Source of the DNA: an uncultured Spirochaetales bacterium
GTDB taxonomy: Bacteria > Spirochaetota > Spirochaetia > CAYLLE01
Length of the DNA: 64,000 nucleotides
Reading direction: 5' to 3'
Assembly: GCA_964384485.1 (NCBI GenBank)
Contig: CAYLLE010000001.1
Span: 40,589 to 104,588, forward strand
Under the pieces are notes generated by a model. That model searched no databases and had not been told where the DNA came from. It was given only the letters and a program-made list of their open reading frames with translations. Below, piece by piece: positions 9,201 to 17,849 of the stretch (positions within the stretch are counted from its first letter, which is position 1; every line of letters starts with the position of its first letter). Both the position numbers and the translations under genes were made by a program.

Positions 9201-10357
9201 GTTTTCTTAAGCACCTTCCGGACCCTTTCAAGTCCCTCTTCCAGAAGCGTTCGGGGGCAGGCTATGTTTAAACGCTGAAAGTTCTCACCGCCGGCACCGA
9301 AAGAGGCTCCGTCGCTCAAAAATACTTTTCCTTCTTTTAAGAGCAGTTTATTTACAGACCCGGATTCCGGACGGTACGCGGAAAAATCGATCCAGACGAG
9401 ATAGGTTCCTTCCAGAGGATATACCCCCGCCTCCGGCAGCTCCTCCTTTAGATAATCATAAACAAACAGGTAATTTTTTTGGATATAATCCAGCACCGTT
9501 TCGAGCCACCTTTCCCCTGTCTTGTACGCGGCCTCGGCAGCAGTAACAGAGAGAAGATTAGGCACAGTCATCCCGGCTTTATCCCGCTCCTTTAAAAAAC
9601 GGTTCCGGGTGTCAGTATCCGGAATGACCGTGAATCCTGTGGGAATTCCGGCGATATTGAATGTTTTATTCGGGGAAAGACAGATGATGACCGGTACATC
9701 TGACGGCACCCCGCACTTTAAAATAGGGGTATATTTATTTCCGGGCAAAATCAGGTCGGCGTGGATATCATCGCTCAGGATCAGAACGTTATGTTTTCTG
9801 CAGATAGAAAGCAGCTCTTCAAGTTCATCTTTTGTCCATACCCTGCCCACCGGGTTGTGGGGATTACAGAGGACAAGCATCTTTACTCCACGGTGAAATT
9901 TGAATTCCAAATCCGCGAAGTCCATTCGGTAACCGTCAGATGACGGTACAAGGGGATTAATAATCAGTCGTCGTCCCAATTTTTCCGGCATCTGAAACAG
10001 GGGATAATACACGGGAAGCTGAACCGCTATACTGTCTCCGGGAGAAGTAAATGCCTCTACGGCAATCTGAACAGAATCCAGCACACTCCCGGTCAAAAGC
10101 ACATAATCCCGGTGTATACTCCAGTCGTCCCTTCGCAGACGCCAGTCTATAAAGGAGCTGAACAGACTTTCAGGAGGTAAGGTGTAACCGAATATCCCGT
10201 GATTTATCCGTTCGTTCAGCGCTTTTTTTACACCGGAAGGAGCAGGAAAATCCATATCCGCGACCCAGAAGGGAAGAACATATTCGTCTTTCGGGATGCT
10301 CCATTTCAAAGAATTGGTCCCCTTCCGGCTGATAACATTATCTAAATCGAAATTCAT
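9197..10357 (-). CDS. PLP-dependent C-S lyase / cystathionine beta-lyase (PatB/MalY-type aminotransferase class I/II)
   Basis: NPHNPVGRVWTKDELEEL motif plus the start MNFDLDNVISRKGTNSLKW, both typical of MalY/PatB. The start was trimmed from the ORF-track 10585 to the internal ATG at 10357. Confidence 0.8.
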   Translation of the reverse strand: MNFDLDNVISRKGTNSLKWSIPKDEYVLPFWVADMDFPAPSGVKKALNERINHGIFGYTLPPESLFSSFIDWRLRRDDWSIHRDYVLLTGSVLDSVQIAVEAFTSPGDSIAVQLPVYYPLFQMPEKLGRRLIINPLVPSSDGYRMDFADLEFKFHRGVKMLVLCNPHNPVGRVWTKDELEELLSICRKHNVLILSDDIHADLILPGNKYTPILKCGVPSDVPVIICLSPNKTFNIAGIPTGFTVIPDTDTRNRFLKERDKAGMTVPNLLSVTAAEAAYKTGERWLETVLDYIQKNYLFVYDYLKEELPEAGVYPLEGTYLVWIDFSAYRPESGSVNKLLLKEGKVFLSDGASFGAGGENFQRLNIACPRTLLEEGLERVRKVLKKT

Positions 10358-10418
10358 GGCGCCATTATAGTCAATTCCCCCTTCACGGACCATAGTGTTT
10401 ATAGTACTTTTTATTTTC

Positions 10419-11360
10419 ATGAATGAAGATTTAATGATATTCAGAAGCCGCATTCTAAGAGAAACCCGTGATTTTTTTACCCGGAAAGGGTTCCTTGAAG
10501 TTGATACGCCTTTGCTTTCGCCGCAACTTATTCCCGAGGGACCTATTGCCCCGTTCCGGACTTCCTTTGATCCTCCATACGGCAAAAGCCGGAGTCTCTA
10601 CCTTATTCCGTCGCCGGAATTGTGGATGAAGCGTATCTTGAGCAGGGGATCTCCAAGTATATTTCAAATCTGTAAGTCCTTCCGGAACGGTGAATCCCTG
10701 GGACGGCATCACAATCCCGAATTTACAATGCTTGAATACTATGCTCTGCGCCATAATTATATGGATTCCATGAATCTGACGGAGGAATTTATTTCCGCCC
10801 TGGACGGTTCATTTCCGGCGCCTTTCGACCGGATCAGTCTTCCTGATCTTTTCAGACGGACAACAGGCATAAATTTAGCGGAAGCACAGGATCTAACGTC
10901 CCTTCAGAACGAAGCCCGGGGTGCCGGAATTAAATTTCAGGAGGATGATTCATGGCCGGATATCTTTGACCGGATATTTGTTTCCCGTGTGGAACCCGCA
11001 TTACCGGGAAACAAGCCTGTTTTCTTATACGATTACCCTGCTAAGGTTCCGGTATTGGCAAAGGAAAAGTCGGGCACTCCTTGGTGTGAACGGTGGGAAC
11101 TGTATTATAAAGGAATAGAAATAGCCAACTGCTATACGGAAGAAGATGATCCGGAAAGGGTAAAATCGTTTTATCTCCACGAATCGCGGAGAATGGGGAA
11201 AACGGGGGCACCTCCGGATAAAGGGTTTTTATCACTGTTCGAAACGCCTTTTCCGCCCTGTTCAGGGACCGCACTGGGAATGGACAGACTGATTATGGTA
11301 TTATCCGGGATTTCAGATATCAAGGGGGTGATTTTTTTCCCTTTATCGGATATATTATAA
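10419..11360 (+). CDS. epmA: Elongation factor P--(R)-beta-lysine ligase (EpmA/PoxA/GenX, truncated class-II LysRS paralogue)
   Basis: Class II aaRS core motifs are present (FLEVDTPLLS, ICKSFRNGESLGRHHNPEFTMLEYY, GTALGMDRLIM). At about 300 aa it lacks an anticodon-binding domain. The start is ambiguous among GTG 10395, ATG 10419 and ATG 10434. Confidence 0.8.
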   Translation: MNEDLMIFRSRILRETRDFFTRKGFLEVDTPLLSPQLIPEGPIAPFRTSFDPPYGKSRSLYLIPSPELWMKRILSRGSPSIFQICKSFRNGESLGRHHNPEFTMLEYYALRHNYMDSMNLTEEFISALDGSFPAPFDRISLPDLFRRTTGINLAEAQDLTSLQNEARGAGIKFQEDDSWPDIFDRIFVSRVEPALPGNKPVFLYDYPAKVPVLAKEKSGTPWCERWELYYKGIEIANCYTEEDDPERVKSFYLHESRRMGKTGAPPDKGFLSLFETPFPPCSGTALGMDRLIMVLSGISDIKGVIFFPLSDIL

Positions 11361-11446
11361 GACTACACTATAGAAACGATAGATTAGATAGATAAGATAG
11401 TAGACGGCTTAAGTCTGCCGAAAAATCAAGAAAAGGGTACGAAAAT

Positions 11447-12013
11447 ATGATAAAAGCTGGTTCGATTGATAAAGGAATGTGTTTAATCATCAAAGATGAG
11501 CCATATCTCGTCACAGAAAGGGAATTTGTAAATCCGGGTAAAGGCGCTGCATTTACCAAAGTTAAATTAAAGAACCTGAAGACCGGACTCGTTCTCAGAG
11601 AGACAATCAAAACAAGCGACACAGTAGAAGAAGCGGATGTCTATGAACGCCAGGCACAATATCTCTATGCCGATGATCTTGGATTTCATTTTATGGACTC
11701 AGATAATTATGAACAATTTATTGTTACCAAAGATGAGGGATTAGAAGACAAGGGGTTTTTTATAAAAGAAGGTGAAACGTATAAAATTCTGATGTGGGAA
11801 GAAAATCCGATTGATATAAAAGTTCCCCTAAAGATTGTTTTGGAAGTCACTGAAGCCGCTGACGCCATCAAAGGAGATACAGTTACCGGTGCCACAAAAA
11901 CGGTAACCACCGAAACGGGTTTTAAAGTAAAAGTGCCGATTTTTATAAAAGAGGGTGAACGGGTCCTTGTTAATACAGAAAGCGGGGAGTACGTGGAAAG
12001 GGTCAACTCATAG
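11447..12013 (+). CDS. efp: translation elongation factor P
   Basis: 188 aa. The conserved loop NPGKGAAFTKVKLKNL carries the Lys34-equivalent residue. KOW and OB domains are present. Confidence 0.9.
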   Translation: MIKAGSIDKGMCLIIKDEPYLVTEREFVNPGKGAAFTKVKLKNLKTGLVLRETIKTSDTVEEADVYERQAQYLYADDLGFHFMDSDNYEQFIVTKDEGLEDKGFFIKEGETYKILMWEENPIDIKVPLKIVLEVTEAADAIKGDTVTGATKTVTTETGFKVKVPIFIKEGERVLVNTESGEYVERVNS

Positions 12014-12152
12014 AACGACTTAAGAAGGGAATAAGGCCATTATAGCAGGTGCCGGCTGTAACCCGGAGTAGTTTCTCCAGTCCCTCTTGGCCGACGCAAA
12101 ATTTAAGAGCAGCGGCTCCATAAAAGAGCCGAACTTCTATTAGGAGAAGAGA

Positions 12153-12584
12153 GTGAGAGTAACAACAAAAGGGCGTTACGCGTTAAGGGCAATTGTTGAT
12201 TTGGCACTGACAGAACAGGACAAGCCGGTTCCTATAAAAGATATTGCGAAGCGCGAAGGTATATCTCCTGAATTCCTGGAACAAATTTTTTTCAAGCTGA
12301 AAAAGTCGGATATAATACGTTCCGTTCGGGGACCCGGCGGCGGATTCAGCATAAACCAGGATCTTTCTAATATAACCATGAAAGACATCTTTGAAGCTGT
12401 AGGCGAAGAAGTTGCTTTAGCGCCGTGTCAGCAGACGAACGAAACGGAACCGGTATGCAACAGGGAAAAGGAATGTATTATGAAAGATTTGTGGTCCTCA
12501 ATGACTGAACATATTGTTCAATACTTAAGCGGACTCGATTTAAAAACTATTGTGGAGATGAACCGGAAAACCAAGGTCTCTTAG
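12153..12584 (+). CDS. Rrf2 family transcriptional regulator (IscR/NsrR-like, 3-Cys cluster ligands)
   Basis: MRVTTKGRYALRAIVDLA HTH region. C-terminal cysteines (APCQQ...PVCNREKEC) are spaced as in Fe-S binding Rrf2 proteins. GTG start with AGGAGAAG as the SD. Confidence 0.85.
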   Translation: MRVTTKGRYALRAIVDLALTEQDKPVPIKDIAKREGISPEFLEQIFFKLKKSDIIRSVRGPGGGFSINQDLSNITMKDIFEAVGEEVALAPCQQTNETEPVCNREKECIMKDLWSSMTEHIVQYLSGLDLKTIVEMNRKTKVS

Positions 12585-13735
12585 TTTTCTTCCGGCTCCT
12601 GTTCAGGAATCTGGTTCCGGGTACCTTTCATATGCACATCAACCTGCGGAAAAGGGATTTCAACCCGATTCTGTTTGAAACTCCGCCATATTTCCAGATT
12701 ACACCAGCTTGACGCGGCGTATTTGTCATTCACATCGGTAATCCACGTCCAAAGGGACATGGTAATACCTGAATCATCAAACGAAACAACCCGCACAACA
12801 ATCTTTGAATTGGGCAAACGGAACGGATTTTCCTCGGCTACACCTTCCATCACCTCAATTACCCGATCTAAATCGGAGTTGTATGAAACCTGAACCATAT
12901 TCTTAATGATGATCCGCTTATCATTATACGAGTAATTATGCACCTGATTTTCAACGATATTCGAATTGGGAATGATTATGGTTTCGTTGGTAAGAGTATT
13001 GATGACCGTAGATAACAGGCGGATCGTAATAACCGTGCCGTCAAGATCATTCACCAAAATCCGGTCACCTTCCTTGATAGGCCGGGTAACGATAATGACC
13101 AAACCGGCGAAAAAGTTCGCCACAACTCCCTGCAGACCAAAGCCGAGACCGACACCGAGAACTCCGAAGAGTACCGTAAGGGAAGAGACGTTGATGCCGA
13201 TAACGGAAAGACCGATTATGATTACGAGCCCGGTAACCAGATACCGGACGAGATTGAGGAGTGAAAATCGGCGGGACGGATCCAGATTTGAAGTTACCGG
13301 GGTGTTTTCCAGCACCCGTTTCGCGATTTTAGACAGCCACGTAGCAACATAGAAAACAGGTATTGTTAACAGGAGCGTGGTTACAGATATTTTGGTAGAC
13401 CCGCTTTCATAAAACGGCTTGTTCAGGAAGGTGAACGCGTTACCGATATACGTAAACATTTCCGCTCCGAATAAACGGGCGGTGAGTATAATAAAAAGGA
13501 CAATAAGGAGAATCCTCAGGATTATTTTGGTCCACCGGTAGATGTTCCGCCTGCCCGCTTCTCCCATTTCCGCCTGATTCAGGAGCCGTTTTATCACCAG
13601 CAGAAACAGTTTATAAAATACCAAAGCCGCTGCTGTAGGGAGTACCAGGGTAAGAAAAAGTTCAAGGACGGAAAAACTCAGCTGAGTCTCTCCTATTTCA
13701 ATGGAGGAGCTTAAAAAATCAAATATTTCCTCCAT
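12581..13735 (-). CDS. mechanosensitive ion channel (MscS family)
   Basis: TM3 pore motif GVLGVGLGFGLQGVVANFFAGLVIIVTRPIKEGDRI followed by the beta-domain. Confidence 0.85.
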   Translation of the reverse strand: MEEIFDFLSSSIEIGETQLSFSVLELFLTLVLPTAAALVFYKLFLLVIKRLLNQAEMGEAGRRNIYRWTKIILRILLIVLFIILTARLFGAEMFTYIGNAFTFLNKPFYESGSTKISVTTLLLTIPVFYVATWLSKIAKRVLENTPVTSNLDPSRRFSLLNLVRYLVTGLVIIIGLSVIGINVSSLTVLFGVLGVGLGFGLQGVVANFFAGLVIIVTRPIKEGDRILVNDLDGTVITIRLLSTVINTLTNETIIIPNSNIVENQVHNYSYNDKRIIIKNMVQVSYNSDLDRVIEVMEGVAEENPFRLPNSKIVVRVVSFDDSGITMSLWTWITDVNDKYAASSWCNLEIWRSFKQNRVEIPFPQVDVHMKGTRNQIPEQEPEEN

Positions 13736-13737
13736 AA

Positions 13738-15141
13738 TTATCCCTTCCGCGCGAAATCCAGCATTCTAATTTCTTCTGATTCCGTTATAAATCCCCGCGC
13801 TCTGCAGATCGGCAGAAATTCTTCCACCATCGCATACGCCCGGATCGAGATCCCAAGCCGCCTCATATCGTCGGCCCCGGAAGCTCCCCGCTGTATGAGT
13901 ACGGTAAGATAATCCACTTGAAGCCCTTCTCCCCGGAGGATTTCAACAGCTTCTTCCTTACTCTTCCCGGTGGTTATCAGATCATCCAGGAGTAATACTT
14001 TCTCATTCTCCTTGTATTCACCTTCGATTCGGTTTCCGGTACCATGCGGTTTTGCCGGAATCCGCGGGTATATCATGGGAACCCCTAAACGCAGGCTGAG
14101 GGCGGCGGCCAAGGGTAACCCTGCTGTCGGGATACCTGCAATTCTATCGAATTCCAGGCCCTTCACCGCCGCGGCATACGCTTCCGCGGCTTGAGACAGC
14201 AATTTCGGAAAGGATATGATCCTGCGGAGATCAATATAAAATGGAGAATGTTTTCCCGATTTTAGTAAGAAATCACCTGTTTTAAAGCATCCGGCGTCAA
14301 TAAGATTATTCAGAAAATCGGATTTCGTGCTTTTCCCGGCCCCGGGGGTATACACTTTGGCTCTGCCTTTATTTATTTCCATCCGGAAACGGTTTGCCGC
14401 CTCTCCGGGATCATCGGAGCCGGCAATGCTTCTAGACGCGTTGACCAGGAGACCCGAACCGTCCTTCCTGCGGCCCGCCGCTGAAGCAGTAACAGCGTCT
14501 CCGCCCTGTGCTCCCACCCCGGGAACCAGAAACCAGGTATCAGGAAATGAGCTTCTTATACGGGCAAGCGCCTCCGGATCATTACCCGGGAGTACAAGGC
14601 CGAGTCTATCACTTTCGGCACCGGAGAGACACCTTTCAGCCAGGTACTGGTAAAACGGTACCCTGCCTGTACCGACCGGTATCTCCTGAAAAAGCGATGC
14701 CCCGGGGTTTGTTGTACGGCAGAGGATAAAAGCCCCTTTCCCGGGCTTTTTCAGAAAGGGTTCAAAGGTGTCGGTGCCCATATACGGATTTAACGTGACC
14801 GCACCGATCCTGGGAAGGCGGAATACCGCCTCCGCGTATGCTTCCGCCGTTGAACCGATGTCTCCCCGTTTGGCGTCCAGGATCACCGGAATATCTTCAG
14901 GGATTTGGATTAGAAGATCTTCCAGCGCTTCAAGACCGGGACCTCCGTATTTTTCATAAAAAGCAATGTTCGGCTTATAAGCGGCCGCGTAGGGGAGGGT
15001 CTTTTCAATTAAGGGTAATACAGCATCCCGGAAGGCTTGTTTTATTGTCCCCCGGCCGGGCTGAATCCTGGGATCTAAACCTACACAAAGTAAACTGTCT
15101 TTCTGTTCACACGATTTTTTGAGTTGGTTGAAAAAGTTCAT
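13738..15141 (-). CDS. pyrFE: Bifunctional orotidine-5'-phosphate decarboxylase (type 2, N-terminal) / orotate phosphoribosyltransferase (C-terminal).
   Basis: The N-terminus matches ODCase type 2 (LLCVGLDP...ILDAKRGDIGST). The C-terminus matches OPRTase (KTGDFLLKSGKHSPFYIDLR, VLLLDDLITTGKS). The ORF-track start at 15183 was trimmed to the internal ATG at 15141, and the start remains uncertain. Confidence 0.85.
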   Translation of the reverse strand: MNFFNQLKKSCEQKDSLLCVGLDPRIQPGRGTIKQAFRDAVLPLIEKTLPYAAAYKPNIAFYEKYGGPGLEALEDLLIQIPEDIPVILDAKRGDIGSTAEAYAEAVFRLPRIGAVTLNPYMGTDTFEPFLKKPGKGAFILCRTTNPGASLFQEIPVGTGRVPFYQYLAERCLSGAESDRLGLVLPGNDPEALARIRSSFPDTWFLVPGVGAQGGDAVTASAAGRRKDGSGLLVNASRSIAGSDDPGEAANRFRMEINKGRAKVYTPGAGKSTKSDFLNNLIDAGCFKTGDFLLKSGKHSPFYIDLRRIISFPKLLSQAAEAYAAAVKGLEFDRIAGIPTAGLPLAAALSLRLGVPMIYPRIPAKPHGTGNRIEGEYKENEKVLLLDDLITTGKSKEEAVEILRGEGLQVDYLTVLIQRGASGADDMRRLGISIRAYAMVEEFLPICRARGFITESEEIRMLDFARKG

Positions 15142-15338
15142 TATAAAGAGAATAGCCCTGGAAAATTTCCATGTCAACTGCATTCGCTGTCTTTCAGCGA
15201 TTTCCGGAGATCACGTTCGCATTAAAACATATATAAATAATAATTATGGTCTCTTCCAAATCACCCAAGGTTTTCCGGAAGAACGTATTGCCATTTTTGG
15301 TAAAATAAAAATAATGAAAATTGACGGGAGGATTTAGA

Positions 15339-15908
15339 ATGCGGATCAAACGGAATTGCTTAACATTGATTATAGATTACCAGGAGAGACTTATGCCCAT
15401 CCTGCAGGACCGGGAAAAATTTATTTCCAATTCTGTTTTCTTTATAAAAGGACTAAAAGTACTGAACATTCCGATGTTGACAACTGAACAGTATCCGAAA
15501 GGTTTAGGGAAAACGGTGGAACCTGTTCAAAATGCCATGGGCGGCAGCATGGAGGTGTATGAAAAAACCGAATTCAGCTGCTGCGATAATCTTGAAATCA
15601 TGGAAAAAATAAAGAGCTTCGACAGAGAATTTGTGATTTTAGCGGGAGCTGAAACTCATGTATGCATGCTCCAGACAGCCCTGGATCTGATGGCGAACGA
15701 CTTTATTCCGGTGGTCATTTCCGACTGCACGGCTTCTTCCAGCCGCTTTGAAAAGGAAAGCGCTCTTTCCCGCCTGCGTTCTCATGGAGCAGTGATAACA
15801 ACGGCGGAATCGATCCTGTTTGAGCTTTGCAGGAAATCAGGCACTCAAGAATTCAAGGAATTATCGCGGCTGGTAAAAGAAAGGCAAAAACAGGATCCTG
15901 CTTCATGA
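15339..15908 (+). CDS. isochorismatase-family cysteine hydrolase (nicotinamidase PncA-like)
   Basis: LTLIIDYQE Asp motif and VVISDCTASS Cys motif of the isochorismatase fold. GGGAGGA as the SD before the ATG at 15339. Its stop overlaps the cobB start (ATGA). Confidence 0.7.
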   Translation: MRIKRNCLTLIIDYQERLMPILQDREKFISNSVFFIKGLKVLNIPMLTTEQYPKGLGKTVEPVQNAMGGSMEVYEKTEFSCCDNLEIMEKIKSFDREFVILAGAETHVCMLQTALDLMANDFIPVVISDCTASSSRFEKESALSRLRSHGAVITTAESILFELCRKSGTQEFKELSRLVKERQKQDPAS

Positions 15909-16645
15909 CTGAGTACAGACGCGCCGCCGATATGATTTCCCGGTCGGCCCGGACCGCCGCTTTTACGGGCGCCGGTATTTCTGTTGAGAGCGGTGTCCCT
16001 CCATTCAGAGGGAAAGACGGAATATGGAACAGATATAATCCGGAGGTTCTGGAATTAACATACTTTAATAACAACCCCCTGGACGCGTGGAAGGCGATAA
16101 GAGAAATTTTCTATGGCTATTTCGAAAAATCATCACCCAATAAAGCCCATAAGGTTCTGGCTGATTGGGAGAACAGGAACATCATACAGGGGGTTATTAC
16201 TCAAAACATCGATAACCTTCATCACGCTGCCGGAAGCAAAAATGTAATCGAGCTGCACGGAAATTCCCGGACCCTTATATGTTTAGACTGCGGCAGTACT
16301 TCCCCGGCAAGTCCCGAAATTTTTAAGCACGATCCACCCCGATGCTCATGCGGTGGTATATGGAAGCCGGATTTCACATTTTTCGGTGAATCCCTTCCGG
16401 CTGACGCGTTAGATGGAGCAGAGAAAATGATCAATGATACAGAGGTTCTGCTGATAATCGGATCGACCGGAGAAGTATACCCCGCGGCATCTTTTCCACG
16501 AGAAGCAAAAGCGAACGGCGCCGCCGTGATCGAGATAAATCCGGAAATCTCCAATTATACAGAATCAGTTACCGATCTCCACATAAAAGAACCCGCGGGC
16601 ACGGCGCTGCCGAAAATCGATTCTTATCTGAAGACTGACAGGTGA
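15905..16645 (+). CDS. cobB: NAD-dependent protein deacylase (Sir2/CobB sirtuin)
   Basis: FTGAGISVESGVPPFRG NAD-binding motif. Zn ribbon (CLDCGS...CSCGG). GVITQNIDNLH motif. The start was trimmed to the ATG at 15905. Confidence 0.85.
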   Translation: MTEYRRAADMISRSARTAAFTGAGISVESGVPPFRGKDGIWNRYNPEVLELTYFNNNPLDAWKAIREIFYGYFEKSSPNKAHKVLADWENRNIIQGVITQNIDNLHHAAGSKNVIELHGNSRTLICLDCGSTSPASPEIFKHDPPRCSCGGIWKPDFTFFGESLPADALDGAEKMINDTEVLLIIGSTGEVYPAASFPREAKANGAAVIEINPEISNYTESVTDLHIKEPAGTALPKIDSYLKTDR

Positions 16646-16649
16646 TCAT

Positions 16650-17657
16650 TTATTCAACGAAAGTACCGATTTCCCGATAGAACCCCGCCGGGGCAAGGTC
16701 AGGAGATTGGTACCCCCCGTCAAAAACAGCAGCGGCGCGTACCTCCTGGCAGATTTCGCATTTGGAGACATAACGGTCTTTTTTTAACCGGTATCCCATT
16801 TTATCATAAGCTAATTCGGTGATTCCCCTGATTCCTTCCGTCATCCCTGCGTAAATCCATGGAAAACGGTCAGGATCGACCCCCTGTCCAAGAGACTCAA
16901 TCGGGACGGAAAAACCGGAACAGAGTCCCGGAATATAGTTTCCGTATAAATCAACATGAAAGTGGGAGGTATCGTAAAGCTCTCCGCAGGGACCATGCTG
17001 TGAGGAAATAATTTCTTCCGCGGGCGATTTCTTTAGGAAGGGCCTTAAAAAATACAGAGCCCTTCCGCGGGGAGTAATCCAGTACCGCTCCGGAATCTCC
17101 CGTAGATAACGAGATCCGAATTTTTTCCGGTATTCATCGAGAGAGTGCGTCCGTCCGGGATCGAAGCTCCGTAAATCCGGTGTAAATCCGGATACCCAGG
17201 GAAAGACCTCCATGCCTGTCACTCCGCACGCGTCCATAACTCCTTGTGTTTTCCCGAACGGAATATAACTGTTATGAAAAGGGCTTATTGAAATCAACAG
17301 GGTAGAGAGCCCTGCTTTTTTGAGCGCTTCTAGAATCGAAATTGCCTTTTCCGGTGAGGTAAACCAGGCGCAGTTAGTCTCGACATACTGGATTAGGATC
17401 CCCTCGCCGGTACAGCCCTTGATAACCTCCGTCAGACTCTCCAGACGCAGGAACGGTTCACCTCCCCCTATATGGATTGAACGTATTCCCCTGCTTTTTA
17501 ATTCAGCAGCTATTTCCAATACACGATCTCTGAGGATATAATCGCTTTTGCGGTTTGGAGAAGACGCGTAGAGGCAATGAGCGCAGGCGGAAGGGCAATT
17601 GTAGTTCGTAATAATACCTCCGCTCCTGAGGGGAGGTATTGTGGGTGAACGCATCAT
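16650..17657 (-). CDS. radical SAM protein of unknown function
   Basis: A CxxxCxxC cluster sits near the N-terminus (NCPSACAHCLY), with a GGE-like motif (IHIGGGEPF). No SPASM or KamA features recognised. Confidence 0.75.
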   Translation of the reverse strand: MMRSPTIPPLRSGGIITNYNCPSACAHCLYASSPNRKSDYILRDRVLEIAAELKSRGIRSIHIGGGEPFLRLESLTEVIKGCTGEGILIQYVETNCAWFTSPEKAISILEALKKAGLSTLLISISPFHNSYIPFGKTQGVMDACGVTGMEVFPWVSGFTPDLRSFDPGRTHSLDEYRKKFGSRYLREIPERYWITPRGRALYFLRPFLKKSPAEEIISSQHGPCGELYDTSHFHVDLYGNYIPGLCSGFSVPIESLGQGVDPDRFPWIYAGMTEGIRGITELAYDKMGYRLKKDRYVSKCEICQEVRAAAVFDGGYQSPDLAPAGFYREIGTFVE

Positions 17658-17799
17658 ATGAGCCCTTATTATGTCATGGAAGGGTACTCTTATTCCACCT
17701 TAGCGGTAGAGAAACAGCAAAGTTCATAGGGATTGATATTTTTGCTTCCCTGGATTATCTTAAGATTCTCAACTGACACAGTAAACACATCACTTATTT

Positions 17800-17829
17800 T
17801 TGAATATTTTTTCCAATCACGGGTACTAT
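17800..17829 (+). promoter_or_regulatory. candidate sigma70-type promoter (TTGAAT-18 nt-TACTAT) for ABC exporter operon
   Basis: The hexamers were seen by eye about 20 nt upstream of the trimmed ATG at 17850. Not validated. Confidence 0.25.
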
Positions 17830-17849
17830 CTATAAAGGGAGAAAGTAGT

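Noticed and set aside
9197-10585. Long N-terminal extension of the C-S lyase ORF (start at 10585)
   Set aside because: The first 76 aa are low-complexity and overlap the divergent epmA start region. The conserved aminotransferase N-terminus begins at the internal Met (ATG 10357).
16650-17657. The radical SAM protein as the missing EpmB (lysine 2,3-aminomutase) for the nearby epmA-efp
   Set aside because: The CxxxCxxC motif sits at the extreme N-terminus. The protein lacks the KamA-type PLP-binding Lys region and C-terminal Zn-Cys motif. Context is convergent with cobB and unlinked to epmA.
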